From the NCBI GenBank assembly GCA_010356995.1, contig ML996697.1, positions 430,153-494,152 on the forward strand: DNA of 64,000 bases. The letters are read 5' to 3'. A program made the position numbers and the translations under genes. Below, one piece after another: positions 11,622 to 24,736 of the stretch. The notes under the pieces are model-generated. The model made no database searches and was not told the origin of the DNA. It saw only the letters and a program-made list of their open reading frames with translations. Within the stretch, counting starts at the first letter, position 1. Each line of letters starts with the position of its first letter. The DNA is from Trichodelitschia bisporula (taxonomy: Eukaryota).

Positions 11622-14331
11622 TCACTGCCGTCCATACCGTCCCCCCACCCCCAAACTCCCCGCATACATCCCCCTCCCCCGTCCCCTTCCCCCCCACTGC
11701 CCCGGCACCATCGGCACAGGCGGCACCCCCCTTCCACTCCTCACACTTCGCATACTCCCCACACTCCGCGGCCTGCCCACCATCCCCCACTCCTCCCCGT
11801 TCCCCGAATACGCACTCACGCGACTCTCACTCCTCCCCCTCTTCCCCATCTCCTCCCTCACCCGTCTCACATGCGCCGTAATCCGATCCTGCGCCATAGC
11901 CTCAGCCACACGCTCGCGACACGCCGCACACACGCGCAGCGCGCAGTGCCGACATGTCCAGCGCGCGCCGGCGTCTTCTGCGAAACAGAGTGCGCAGGCG
12001 ACGAGCGGGTGGACGGCGCTTGGGAACCAGCCGCTGTGCGACCAGAGGCAGGTGTTTTGCAGAGGGCCGATGAGGGGGGCGGTGGTGTGCGTGGGGCGGG
12101 GAGCGAGCAGGTGCGCGACGGATGGGGGAGGGAGGGGCCGGGCGGGGGTTATGGTGCTGGAAGAGGCGGTGGTGTGGTGGCTGGGGGGCGGGGAGATGCT
12201 TTGTTGATATTGGGAGGGGAGGGAGGTCGTTGAGGGTGTGGATTGGAGCTGTGGAGTTACGATTAGCGGGGCTTATATTCGCGGGTTCGGGGAAGGTGAC
12301 GTACCTTTATCAAACTCACGCGGAACAGCTCCGCGCCGCTTCCACCACGTGTGTGCGGCCGTGCCCGACTCCCAGGTCTCTCATCCGCAAACGTCACACT
12401 CGGCGCCGTGGCGCGGTATTTACTCGGACTCTCCTGCAACACACTAACCGTCTCCGGATCCGGCAACAAGGGCCGACTCGGCTCAGGCAGCAGCGTCACC
12501 GACGCAGCAAGCAGGCTCTCGCTCTCCGCCTCCGCCGTCGTAGCCGGCGTAAACTGCCCACTTGCGCTATCCGCCTCAGTCGAAATCCCGCGCGTGTCCA
12601 CAGAATTGCATTCAGCGGTGTCTGCACTCGGTGGAGCCGGTGTCGGGGCGGGCGCGGATGTCGGGGCGGGCGCGGATGTCGGGGCGGGGCTGGGCGTGTG
12701 CGTGTCGTCCTTGCTGCCCTTGCGCCGGACGAGGGCGCGGAGACGGCGCATCGTGGATGTCGCGTTTGTAGATGGCGGAGAGGAGGGGACGGGTCGGCGC
12801 GTCGGGATGGCGGGTGGGTCGGCGGGGTTGGGCGGGAGGGGGTGGGCGAAGACGCCGCTGACCGGCGGGGACCCGAGAGCTTCGAGCGAGACCGTGCGTG
12901 GTGGATACGGTCCTGCTGCGAACGCTGGTGCTGGCGCTGCGTACTCTGATACTGGTGCTGTGGCGCGGGGCGCAGCGACCGGCGCGGCGGAGGCGCGAGG
13001 CTGCGGGTCGGGAGCGTGCAGGACGGGATTTCGCGGCGAAGTCGGGATAGTATGATGGGAGTGGGATTTGGCGAGGGGGGGAATCGTGGGTGCGGAGGAG
13101 GAGGAGGAGTGCGAGGGGGTGGAGGTGCGCGATGTTGTTGACGAGGAGAGGGGTGCAGCCTCGCCGACGGGGGGCGGAGCTTTGAGCGAGGAAGCGGCGG
13201 TGCTGCCGTTGCTCTTGCTTAGCTTTAGGGAGGGGGGTTTGGTGGACCGGGTTAGACTACGGGACGTGCCTGCTGCGTGGGCGGCAGCGAGGCGGAAGGT
13301 GGAGGATTGGTGGAGGGGAGGGGTGGGTGGTGATGGGGTGCGGTGATGACGATTGTCGTGGTTGTGAGTGTCGGCGGGCGAAGGAGGTCCGTTTGCCGGT
13401 TCTACAGGAAAGACGCGCAAGCGAATGTCAGCGGAAGTTCAGCCGGTGCACAGCGTGCAGGCCAACGGCCAATTGAGCATCTAACAGCGCTTGTCAGGCC
13501 ACCCAGAAGAGAGACTGCCAGCCTTGCGTAGAGATTGTGCAGGAAGTGGGGTTTGCTTGGCCGCATACGCATGCATACGACGGAAGCAAGAGACGCCAAC
13601 ACTAGAGCGAGAATCCTCGGTGTTTACGTCGTACATCCAACGCCAAAGCGCACAAGATAATCGGGCCTCGAGATTAAAAGTTGCGGAAACGAGCTTTTCG
13701 TCCAAAAACAGCAATAAGATGGCAAAAAAAGGAGTACTTAATGCAGCGAAATGGCGAAATGGCACAGGGTTGGCATAAAAGATGTTGGAATGGAAGAAAA
13801 CCCACCTCTCACTGGGCCTCCATTCCGTGCCCCGCCCTCGGCCTCCCCAGTCCGTGCCTTCTCGGGCCTAACCCCGGTATTCCACCCCCGAGCAAGAGGA
13901 CTATATCCCGTCAAGGGATCCCACTGTTTTGCGCTGAGAGCCGTAATTCCGAGCGGAAGTGCCATTCGGCGCTCCGGGCCACCAGTGGAAAGCTGTCGGC
14001 TGTCCTCTTCGTCGCTGTCGCTGTCGCCGAGGCTTCCGGAGCCGTACACGTCGTATACGTCCTCGACAGTGCGCAGCTCGCGAACCGCGCTCCACACGCT
14101 TATTCCCTCTCTTCCTGCCTTGACCGGTGCCGTGGCTGGTTCCAGCGGGCTCGCTTCTTTCGGAGGCGGAGACGGTCGCGAAGCGAAGGCCTGGTGCAGA
14201 CCTGCGCTGCTAGGTACGGGTTTTCGACGCAGCGGCGGCGGTGATGGTAAAGGTGGCAACGGAGGGAGCGGTCGGTTGCGTGAAGAGAGCGTCGAGGCTG
14301 GCGAGGTGACGCCTACGCCCGTAGACCCCAT
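11622..14331 (-). CDS. Uncharacterised Pro/Ser-rich protein with a C-terminal Cys/His zinc-finger-like cluster
   Basis: Exons 14331-13806, 13401-12305 and 12248-11622, joined in frame by introns 13402-13805 and 12249-12304. The last exon encodes CLWSH…CALC…WTCRHCALRVCAAC. Confidence 0.75.
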
Positions 14332-17149
14332 TTTGAAGGTTAGAGGCCCAAAGCCGGGACCTGCATGCAGACCGTCGTCGTGGTGGGGTTGAGACAGCTT
14401 TCTGCGTCTGTCAGAAGATCCGATGACGGAAACCTCGCACGTCGAGTGAAGACAGCGCGTGAAACGCCGGCGATGTCGTGGACGGACGCGGAGGCCTAGA
14501 AGGAGGAAGAGGAAGAGACGCAGCAGGCGACTCTCGACGAGAAAGACGGAGACGGAGAGCGAGTTTCAAGTACCTTGTTGCAGTAGGTTGCGTGTGGAGA
14601 TATGGTCAACAGACAGGAGCTCACGCCCGGCGATGGCGCCACGCCACTTGCGACAGATCAGGTCACAAAGCGGAGAAGCGGAGCAGCAGTAAGCAGTGCT
14701 CGTGGGCGTGGGGTTCGTTCCACCGAACCTTTAGCCTGTGGATTCTTCGCGTCTGGTGGAGCAGAAAGTCGCACCACACACGATTCTGCGTGTGCGTATG
14801 TGTGGGACGAGAGAGACGATGAACGCAGCACGCGCACGCGTGTCTCCGCACTCTGCCCCTGGTAGGAGAGCGGGGATAGGTTGATGATGGATAGGCGGAG
14901 GCCGTCTCGCTATTGCTCCTCTGGTCTTTAACGAATGTCTTGTGTTGTCTTTCGGTCGTCTTTCACGGCGGAATGCTGGATTTCAAAAGAGACTCAAGCA
15001 GATAGGCTGGAACCAGCCATCACCAGACACCAGTCGGGCACCATACAAAGGCCCCCATCGGCCTTTGGTGGGCTGGTGGCTGGTGGGTTCAATCTGGGTC
15101 CCGCACTTCCATTTCCTGGTGCGTCATACTTCAAACAGGACCCGTCGCAGATCATGGTTGTAATCCCGGTCCCAGGCAAGGCCGCGCTGGGAATGGATAT
15201 TATGGGAGGTTGGGGCCGATGGAATGCTCATCCAGCAGTCATCTCGCGTGGACAGTGTTTGTTGGATGTTAAGACCATGCTTTGACGTTGTCTTGACGTT
15301 GTCTTGACATGCAGTGAGTCGGGTAGACGCGACAAGCGAGGAAAGACGCGTTTGCCGTGGCAAGGCGATGATAGGCGCATGAGGGCTTTGTGGCGCCGCC
15401 AACTTCACCTCTTCCCATCAACAGCATATCAACATGACAACCTCATGTCTACTTTTCTCACTTTTCCTCCTTGTTAGAGCTACAGTACAACATACTATGT
15501 ATGCACAAGCATGAAAACGACAAAGACGAAGACCCACATCACTTTGCATGTTGGTCACGGAGCCTGAGTTGAGCACGGCATTCGCAGCCACTCGGACTGC
15601 TACACCAAAAACCCAGCCACAGTCGTTACACAATGATCAGACCTGCATTTCGAAAGCTGCCCTTTTCTTCTTCATGAAATGCTGATAACATAGGGTACAG
15701 ATGCATAGCTTGAACCGCCGACGTCTACATATCAGGGTTCCGCTCGGCATACTGGGAAATCTGTCAACGTGATCTAAGACGGTACACTCCATCCTCACCA
15801 ACTGCCGGTAAACCCCATGCTCCATTTCCTGGAAGCCTGTTCGTCACCAGGAATAGGAGATACAGATTGATGGAGAAGCTAGAAGACGTATTGCGCATAT
15901 GGGTCCATACAGACCTGTAATCCGGACCAGGCTGGTCATTCCGTACTCTAGAAGGCCACAATGTACCCGTCAACGGCGCAAGAGCCGACGTCTCGTCTGC
16001 GAAGCGTCGCTGAACCTCCATATGGAGAATCAGTAGAGGATATGCCGACGGCCTCTTCTCCGAATGAAGTTGACGATGTCGATGGCGAACCAGATCAGAC
16101 ATGCTCCCAATCGGACCGTTGGTCCACCGTCGATTAGGTCCACCATGGTCGTCAGCGTGAAGATGCTTGCGGCGGTTGCTATGAGCGGAAGTTATCGAGA
16201 AGATGTCCCGTGGCCTTCGTGAAAGCTTCGGATTCGGGTTGTCCGGTCACTGTAATCCTCACTATCGCAACGCCACCAGTCATGGCTGCGATCTCGGACC
16301 TAGCCTGATGAACGCCCGTTAGCATGGTTCGTTTGTCTTCTCGTCCGAGAAAGAAGTCGTCGTTGGACATCTACTGCAGCTGAACAGCGGCGCGATGTCT
16401 GGCAGCCGCCAAAGGTTGACACGAGGCTGCTCGATTAGGAACGTGCCAGATGATGGTCGGACGTTCCTTGAAGGAAATGTCGGTGTAGTTGCCAATTGAA
16501 TATGTTTGGATCACCTATGGCCTCTTTGGCTGTGCTAAGCCCGGTCAATGGTACATTCCTTGCTGCGGTAGTGTAGAATTTTCTGCATCAGCGCCTGTGT
16601 TGTGTGGTACAATGCAAGTCCTGTGTTCCTGCAGCGGCCAGTCGGGTACCTTGTATGTAGCCACTCAGCCTTCCCACGTCGTCGACGCGCCGTCACATGA
16701 AAACGATAGTTACGCAAACCACCGCATATCAGCCTCACCATTATCCACCAACTGCCATTCAGACACCAAGTCCGTCTTCCCAACACTTCCAACATCATCA
16801 ACCCCAGCCCTCAAAAACCAGGTTCATACCCGCCACCGCCCAGCGAGCAATAGGGCAAGGCGGCTCCTCTGCCACGATGTAACTTCGTCTATCTGAGTCA
16901 GCTAAATGAAGACCCACCAAGGCAGCGTGGACGCAGCGGGGCGGGGAGCGGAGACGACGCATGTTCGCCACCCACTTCATCATCGTTGGGCTAGCAACTT
17001 CCATGCACAGTTTGAGTGGGAAATGTCTTGCCGTGAACTTGCCGTCCTGTTCCATTCCAGAACCTCTTCCGCTGTGAGCCCCTTCTTAATGTAGTACGAA
17101 ACTCAACTTCACGAACAAAGTATCAAAAATGCCCACACCTCAGCTCCAG

Positions 17150-18105
17150 CCTGATGATCGTTGAAAGACATAAATACCGGGCTCTCCATCACGATACCAC
17201 ACGCTACCCATTACAGTAACCCGTCAAAAGACACATCGTTCAAATAACCGCACCCAGAACCACGCTCTCGGACACAGCACCGCCCTTTCCCCCCCATCTC
17301 CTGCCCCCAAGCGCAGCGACATCCCACACCACCGTCGATCGATCAACCCTAAACACCATCGTGCCCCCGAACCCAGTCCCGTCACGGCAGGCAGGCCCTT
17401 CCCGCCCTCCACACCCCATCTTCCGACGGGCGGAAAATCCCCGCGGGACTAGCGAGCCCGAGTCCGCCTTGCTTCGGGCCCTCTTCGGATCCCCCGATCC
17501 CAGGGCTTAACAGAAGCGCAGACCCGCCAGGCACGGACAAAAGTCAAATCCCTCGGGGAGGGAACCCGGTTTATAAGAGGCAAGATAGGGCTCTTGTGGG
17601 GTATAATCGGTGACTCGTGGCATAATAGTGGAGGCTATTCCAGGGCGTTACGTGTGCGGCCCTCCGCGCCCTATGTCCCCGGGGTTGGAAAAATTCGAAA
17701 TCGCCAACGGAACCAGTTTCGTTTCGTTTGCTCCAATGCCTTCCGCTGGTCAATGTCATGGCGGAGTCGGCCTTATGTACAAAAGCAGCTCGGGGACGAC
17801 CATCACTCCCCCATCCCCGCCCATCCTCCCGAACACCCAAACGCCCCGAGCGCCGTGCTGAAGATCCCTTCGGGGCGCCATAACCCGAGCAAACATCGCA
17901 AAGAAAAAAAACGAAGCAGGTAGATTGGTTCCCGCAGCGGCCCGTCACCACACAATATCCAGCCGAACAAAGCCGCGCACCAGAAGCCCCTGCCCTAGGG
18001 GAAGATATTTTTCCTCCTCCCGCATCCCGCACAGGCGCGGTGAATTACAAACAAGACTTTACACACTCCCGGATTAAGATCAGGAAAGCCGGGATGCTTC
18101 CCCGG
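17150..18105 (+). ncRNA. Candidate long structured ncRNA, possibly telomerase RNA (template AACCCTAA at 17345-17352); ends approximate
   Basis: No credible CDS. Many nested helices, e.g. 17709-15/17926-32, 17718-24/17909-15, 17726-33/17887-94, 17788-95/17844-51 and 17360-65/17530-35. Helix extensions use G-U pairs on the + strand. Contains an 8-nt complement of TTAGGG repeats. Pseudoknot not identified. Confidence 0.45.
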
Positions 18106-18125
18106 CGGCCGATGTTTTCCCATCC

Positions 18126-19416
18126 TTAGACCATTATTCCCCACAGCAGAAGCCCAATCCCCAACGGGATCACGGACCGCAGCACCGAGCCGTGCGCGCT
18201 CCCCGTCACCGCGTTCTTTTTACTCCCCAGCGCAACCGATTCCTGTACCCATCCTGGCCCGCAGCCCATGTTGATCTGCTCGGCAGCGGGGCGGTATGTG
18301 TGGCTAATGGGCTGACTCTGGTTCCCAGCTGCACCCGCAAATATGCTCATCGTGTTTTTGAGGCAGTTGCTGCAGGTGGGGCGCACGGCACCGGGAAGGT
18401 CGGTTCCCAACGCGAGGTAGTAGGGGTAGGCATCGGCGAGGGAGGTAGTATTCGTAAGGGTGATGGCGTTGGCGAAGCCTGACGATATTAGCTAAGGGCT
18501 TCAAGAATGAGAGGGTCGCGCACAGTAGTTGCCCTTGTCGTCCTTCAGACACCCTGCCTGGTACATGGTTGCGTAGGCGATCAGCCCGCTATACGCTTGC
18601 ATCACGAGCGGGTTCTGGTTCGTGTAATCGGCGGCGCAGGAGTCGGAGCTGCGCAGCTTGGTCGCCAGCGAGCCCATCAGCGCGTTGCACCTGGCGAAGT
18701 TGGCGTTGCAGCCCGCGTCAAGGGCGAAGGTGGTGCGCACGAAGCTCTTCTGCGCCTCGAAGAAGTTGTGCGACGTCTGCTGCTATAAGCATGTGACTTG
18801 CGCTCGAGCGGGGTTATCATACCTGGAGGAGTAGAGAGAGGGGATAGCACTTCTGGAACTGATTGTCGCTTAGCATCTTTTGGAAGAAGGTTGGACATCC
18901 CGTCGAGGTGAAGTTGCTCCCTAGGCTGGTGTCGAAAGGCTGGGGTAGAGATGAAGATTTGATTCCCGCGTCTGCGGTTGCCGTGGCAGCGGCCGCGACA
19001 TCAGTGGAGGAGACGAGCGTGAAGCTCGGGGTGGGTATTTCCGAGGTCGCGGCGGCAGCTTCGGTGGTGGCAGCAACGATTTCCTCCTCCTGCCTCTCGA
19101 TAAGGGCGCGTCGAAGGAGCGGGACGGGGGGTTTGCTGTGATCGTAGAGCAATTCACTTTTGCGGGCCAGCTTCTGTAGGGAGGGGTGCTGGTGGTGCAC
19201 CTGGGCAGACGCGGTGCTGCAGAGGAGGGCCAGCGAAAGCAGAAATGCAATGGCTAGCCGCCATGTCGTGGACGTCCGATGTCTGCAGCTCGCAGCCGGT
19301 TTTCGTCGGCCGGGGTGGATGTTGTGGTACGGCGCAGCTGATTCGAGCGGTTGCTCAGCGGCAGATCGTCTGCATGACGAGAATGGTCCAAGACGTTGTT
19401 GCCCAACGGTTATCAT
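18126..19416 (-). CDS. Conserved fungal Cys-rich secreted/GPI-type protein (DUF7729-like)
   Basis: Hydrophobic segment LAIAFLLSLALLCSTASA, Ser/Thr/Ala linker, domain PQPFDTSL…CPTFF…CYPLSLLLQ…YYLALG…PTCSNCL…CGPGWV, and a hydrophobic C-terminus. Introns 18777-18822 and 18479-18523 keep the frame. Confidence 0.85.
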
Positions 19417-20659
19417 TGCGGCGAGCCGACTCCTCCACGAGAGCACCAAATCATGACAGCCAGCGGTGTCGGATATGTGTTTCCGATCCCGAGTTCTTCC
19501 AAGCTCTTGCTCCTGATTTTCTGGTTCCTGATGGCTATGCGAGTTCCGGCGTCAATCGGGGGTTCGGTGGCAGAGGTCCTTCAGGGGGGGAAGGCTGGAG
19601 CGCGGTTGCTGGTAAAGACCGACGAGAGTTGGAAAAGGTGTCGTATAGGAGCTAAGTCGAATCTTGGCCGGGCTCCAGGATGAGGTCTTGGGGATAAGTA
19701 GTCAAGCGGGCGTCGGGGCCTGGTGACGCGGGCAGAAGCATGGCGCCCTTTAAGAGCAATTGCACGCATATTGGAATTGTAGTAGCGCGTGCATAGACAA
19801 GCCACAAAGCCAGCCATGTGCACCGGTTTCGGTCTGGCTCCCACACCGTTCAGGGATTGCGCGAGCCGGGCCTGCAAGGGCGAAGGTGTGCATTAGGCCT
19901 TGTGCAGAGAAGCCCAGAAGAGACAGGGGGGATGGAGGGCTGTCGTCCGGCCTCCCATCACCATGCCAGGGCCAGGTCACCTTGAAAGACTGGAGTCAGC
20001 AAGTGCGGGGGGTAGAGAAGCTAATTACTAGTCAAAGGGAAGTGGGGAGTGGGTCGAAGCAATCTAGAAGGCCGGATACTTTTTTGTTCAGCCGATCAGG
20101 GGGTCTGGCCCCGGGAAGCGTTGAGCAAGAGAGCAGCGAAATAGACATCGAAGCCCTGCCGATTTGCCGTAAAATCGCCATGTTTCTCCATATCGGCCCT
20201 GCATTATGGGAAGGGTTTTGGCCGAGTCACGTCGCTGCACACGAGAGGGACGGCCGTTTTTCGCATGCTCACCGTTCGGCGTCCACCGTCCGCTGTCTGC
20301 AGCTCAGTCAGATAACAAACCATCCAATAATGAGGCCGAGATCCAGGTAGGTAGAAACATCCAAAGACGGTAACACGCCACACTCAACGTCGACGGCGAC
20401 ATAGCGGGCTTGGGAGGGGCCGTCGTACCGTGTTCGTGCCTGTGGAACGCACGCAGCTCGAGAATGCCGAGCACACAAAGGTCATTGTTTTCCTTGTGTC
20501 CTCAGCCTGCTCGGAAACTGGGCGGCGGGCAAAAACTGCCAACCAGATATCGCCGTTGCCTCAAGGCGCCCACAGGCGGTTGACAGCCGAATCGGATGAT
20601 GCCAGCAGCGCCGACCCCCAATACGCCAGAATGCGCAGCAAAAAGCCACCATTCCCGGG

Positions 20660-21400
20660 CTCGTGCCCCATCTCCGAGCATCTCTTGACTTCGTTCATCC
20701 ACGGGAACAAGTCTCCTTGCAGCTACAAACAGTCTTCGTGGTCGGAGAAGATACATTAGAAGAGCAGCGATTGGATGACCTGTTGATCAGCAACAAGACC
20801 TTTGAGAGTCGCATGAATATTGAAGTATTGACAATTTCTTCAAGCTCCAGTGAGGATGATATCCCTCAGTTCTGCAGGGTCCGCCCTCGAGACTGCTGAC
20901 CACAGTGTATCCGAAAAGAAGCACATTGGAATGCTATAAAATTCTGGCATCTACCGTTAACGGACTGTCCTCCGCCTCCAATGAATCAAGGGTAGGGGGT
21001 CGGTACGGGTAGGGCACTATGGTTCCTGGGATATGGATTTTGGGAGGGTCGGAATTCCCGATGATAAATGGAACATAGAGTGAGTAGGCACGGAAGACTC
21101 TTAGGGAACAATAGCGCAGCGTTTTTGCTTCACTGGCATCGCTTAAGCGGAAATTTGTGCCTTTAGGATGGAAGAGGCCAAAGTTTAAGGTGCAAATGTG
21201 AAATTGACGTGGTGTTGACCGCTGGCCGTCGTTGCTCAGGATACTGTTCATGACAGCGGCAAGTAATGTCATGCAAACGCGCCGTTCCTTTCCTTAACCT
21301 CTTGATATCTTTGACGAAGGCCAAAGCTCTTCATCTGCTCTTCAGCTCAACATCACAACATCAAGGCTCACTGCTTTCTCAACTATCCTATCTCTCATCC
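20660..21400 (-). pseudogene. Possible decayed gene (Leu-rich frame with in-frame stops)
   Basis: Protein-like minus frames (…RDIILTGA*RNCQYFNIHATLKGL…LLF*CIFSD…CL*LQGDLFPW and ORF 20934..21272) broken by stops. No family recognised. Confidence 0.2.
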
Positions 21401-24186
21401 CTACGCATAGAAAATCCTTCTAAGCGTCGCATTCAGCTGTTCTTTAGCATCTGACTCTCGCAGCCAATAGTTCATCTCCGTACCCCGCAGAGCCGACCAA
21501 CCCCCGGTATGCCCTCACCTACTCACTCAATCTCCGGCACGTTCGCCAACCAGGCCATCTCTTCTCGTCCTGTCCCTTGACGGCTCGCTGTCAAAGCCGC
21601 CTCTCTTCCGCTCTCGATGTTGACGCTTCTCCGACATCCAGACGTTCAGCTCCGTGATTCCGCGATTCCGCGATACACATGCCCAAGAACGCAGCGCCAA
21701 ACGGTGCGCTTCAGCCCTTGCTGGCGCCATCCGCCCGCCGCGCGTTCCCGTCGACATCGCGGGCCTGAGCGCGGGCTGTGGTGCAACGTGAATTCAGCCA
21801 CGCCGGCTAGATTGCCCGTGTAGATTTCTCATGACGACCACAAAGCTGCGCCAAATTCCCAAGTGCTAGGATCGAAAGTAAATACCGCTTGATGGCGGAC
21901 GCCCGGGAATTTGGCATGATAAGCAGGCCTACGGCGTTCAACGTTGGTGGGGGGAGTCAAGAACGATCCCATATCTCCTGTGAGATGCGTGGTTGTTTAC
22001 CGTCTGACGGCTTCCATTCCCGGAGCCGGCATCGCTCATCCTGCATAGACAACACCAAACACACCAGTGTTTGATATGCTCCACGTCGTCGAGTCGTCGA
22101 AGGCTTCCAAAGCTTCCAAGATCAGCAGCAAGATCGTCGCTGTCACCCACGTTGCTTGCCCCTGTGTCTGCCCCTCGCCTGTTCCTGGGAGAACCCCCCC
22201 GCGCTTGGCTGCTCAAGCCTCAAAGAGGCTGCCGCGCCGCCCCTGATTTTCATTCATACTTGAACTGGCTTCCATGGAGACTGGCATTGAGATGCAAGTC
22301 TGGTACGAACTGACAAGCCGATTACTCGGGACCGATTGCTTCCCGTCCGGCAATTATTACCATGCGCACAACTACCGACCGCTTTGCGAGCAATGCGAGG
22401 TCGTCGAGTGGTGCCAGTAAGCCGCAGATGTGCGCCTCAAGAAAGCGAGTTCAGACCTCCGATAAGATCAAAAAACTGTTGTCGCGAACGGTCTTCCTTT
22501 TGCCCCGCATCAGAATCGATGAATCTGGAAGTAAGACAAGTGATCGATGACCCGAGACCGTTGGAACTTCATTTCTTCGCGTCGCGCTGGCTGAAAGAGG
22601 AATGGATCTGCACCAATTAGGCCATATTGGAATCGCATACTTCTGCGTTCGGACAAAACAAGTTCCCCCTATGCATTTTCAATGATGCGCCATATTAATG
22701 CCTTTGCTTTTCTTTGTGCGCCTCGCTAGTGCACTTGACGAGGTGTGTTATCGTCGAGCCTCGTATGGCGCAAGCCATTTGCGCCAGTGAGGTCAATGAC
22801 TGACGACAATGGCTTGTGGCTGCAAGGTGGAGAGAGTTACGAGTACGGATGTACAGTAATCGGGATACCAACTCGGCAACTGGCCAAACCGGTCGGGCGA
22901 CAGTTGCGGAGCTCATGAAAATTCGGTCACCTATGTCGCCAGACGGATCGGCTGCAGCTCGATGCCGCAGGTGACTAAAAGCTAGACCTAAAGTGTTTCT
23001 CCGCGGGGACAGTTAGGATCTCGTCAATGCGGTTGATATTGCTCAAGCCCTCTAAGCTTATTGACCCCGTCGGCTAGGGCGTTCAACCCATCTTGATCAA
23101 ATAAGCTAGGTACTATAGTTCCAGGCTACGTTAGTTCCACGGCTAGTAGCCTTGCTAAGCTAGCTAGAGCCTGTCAGTTGTCATTCGAAGACGGGATGGC
23201 TTGGTGCTCGATTCATGCGCCAAGGGACGATACATCACCCGCTTCCATCTGCTCGGGACGTCGATAGTCAAATGAGAAGGTTAAACAGCGCATATGAACG
23301 TGGCCAACATGTCCTTTGCCGACCTTGCAGGACCAAGAACACAGCTATCGCAGCAGCAAATGAGCCGCCTATGCTTCAGTGCGCTTTGCTCCCCGCTATG
23401 ACGACTAGGCATGGCCGCATGCGGATATCGCGACATCTGCGATACGACATGTCATCTCTCGACCAGCGCCTAAAGCAGCAGGCGTCCCAGATGCAAATGC
23501 TAGCCTGCTGGTACTGTTATCGACGTCGAAGCCTGAAGGATCCGAGGTGCTGAGGACCGGTCGGCGTGGACGTCGTATGCTTTGCACCCCCCGCAACCCG
23601 GTGGCGACTGGCGCCGGAGCCGTCTTGATACTCGTGCCTCGAATTCGCTCTGGACTCCAGGCCAGAAGCGCATTGTCTGCCATCTGGCTCGCTGGGTGTT
23701 GGAAAAACGCTGCGTTTCCCAGACAGCGGACTCTTCGTACGACCACCTCTGACGTTAAGTGGGCGTGGTATGCATTGAACACCATGTGGACCTACTCTGC
23801 CTGTTGATGGGCCTCCCGCCAGGCAGTGTCCGGCTGGACCCGTTTTCTCAATCCCGTTGCAACCCTGGCAGGCCGTACTGTCGCGAGATGAAGGCCTTTT
23901 GGCGCCTTGTTGGGGGTTCGACTGTCACGTGAGGCAGACTACTCAATTTTGTCTGTAAGCCTTGTTGTTGCATCGGCTCCAGCCCAGCGGAACAATGGGT
24001 CGGTGCTCGCTCGAGCATGAGCTGTCTGCGCCTTGATCTTGGTTGCCGGTTGTGTACACAAAGTCTTCCCGAAGTCGGCATATAAAAACATATCCATTTA
24101 ATGCACCATTCGGCAATGAGGCAGGCAGCCGTTGATGTTGTTGTTGATGATCCACCAAAGAGCAAAAAGATAATTATGCAAGCTGA

Positions 24187-24273
24187 AGCCCGAGGCGGGG
24201 CTCGAACCCGCGACCTTGAGATTTATTCGAGGCGAATAAGAGTCACACGCTCTACCGATTGAGCTACCCAGGC
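24187..24273 (-). tRNA. tRNA-Lys(CTT) with a 14-nt intron
   Basis: Minus strand reads GCCTGGGTAGCTCAATCGGTAGAGCGTGTGACTCTTA-[TTCGCCTCGAATAA]-ATCTCAAGGTCGCGGGTTCGAGCCCCGCCTCGGGCT. A and B boxes, cloverleaf and a downstream T5 are present. Confidence 0.95.
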
Positions 24274-24736
24274 TGTTACTTGGATGAGAAAAAGTCTGTG
24301 TAACGAGAACATTAAGGGCATTGCGGCAATATCCAGGGCAAAGTGGGTCCAGGGAAGGCCAGGGTAGAGCCTCGGGCAATGGAGGTCGACCTTGACGCGA
24401 TAGCGTTGTAGATTTGGTTGCAGAGAGACATGGAATAGAGCTATCGGTGCAGACGAATTCGAGAATTCGTGTTTCTCTTAGCCGAGCAGAACGCGAGGGG
24501 GATGACAGCATTCTGAACTAGCTCCAGAAGTCAGCATCGATCCAACATCAGTCTCGGAACGACTATGGCCAAGCTCCCGTTGGCAATTCTTATGCTATGA
24601 AAACCGGAGTCAGAGAAGTGCTTTCTTTGTCATACAAAAGAGCAATCGGATAGTTTCGATGTCATCACAGTTGGTCTGCCAGCCAGAGATGCGGGGGATA
24701 TCAACATGCGCCGGAATATTGTTCAGCCGGGAGAAG

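Noticed and set aside
15630..17060. Several short minus-strand ORFs as one spliced gene
   Set aside because: No consistent splice path or recognisable domain.
17430..17512. GGAAAATCCCCG…AGGGCTTA resembling RNase MRP CR-I/CR-V
   Set aside because: The motifs are only ~70 nt apart and imperfect, too close for an MRP/P RNA.
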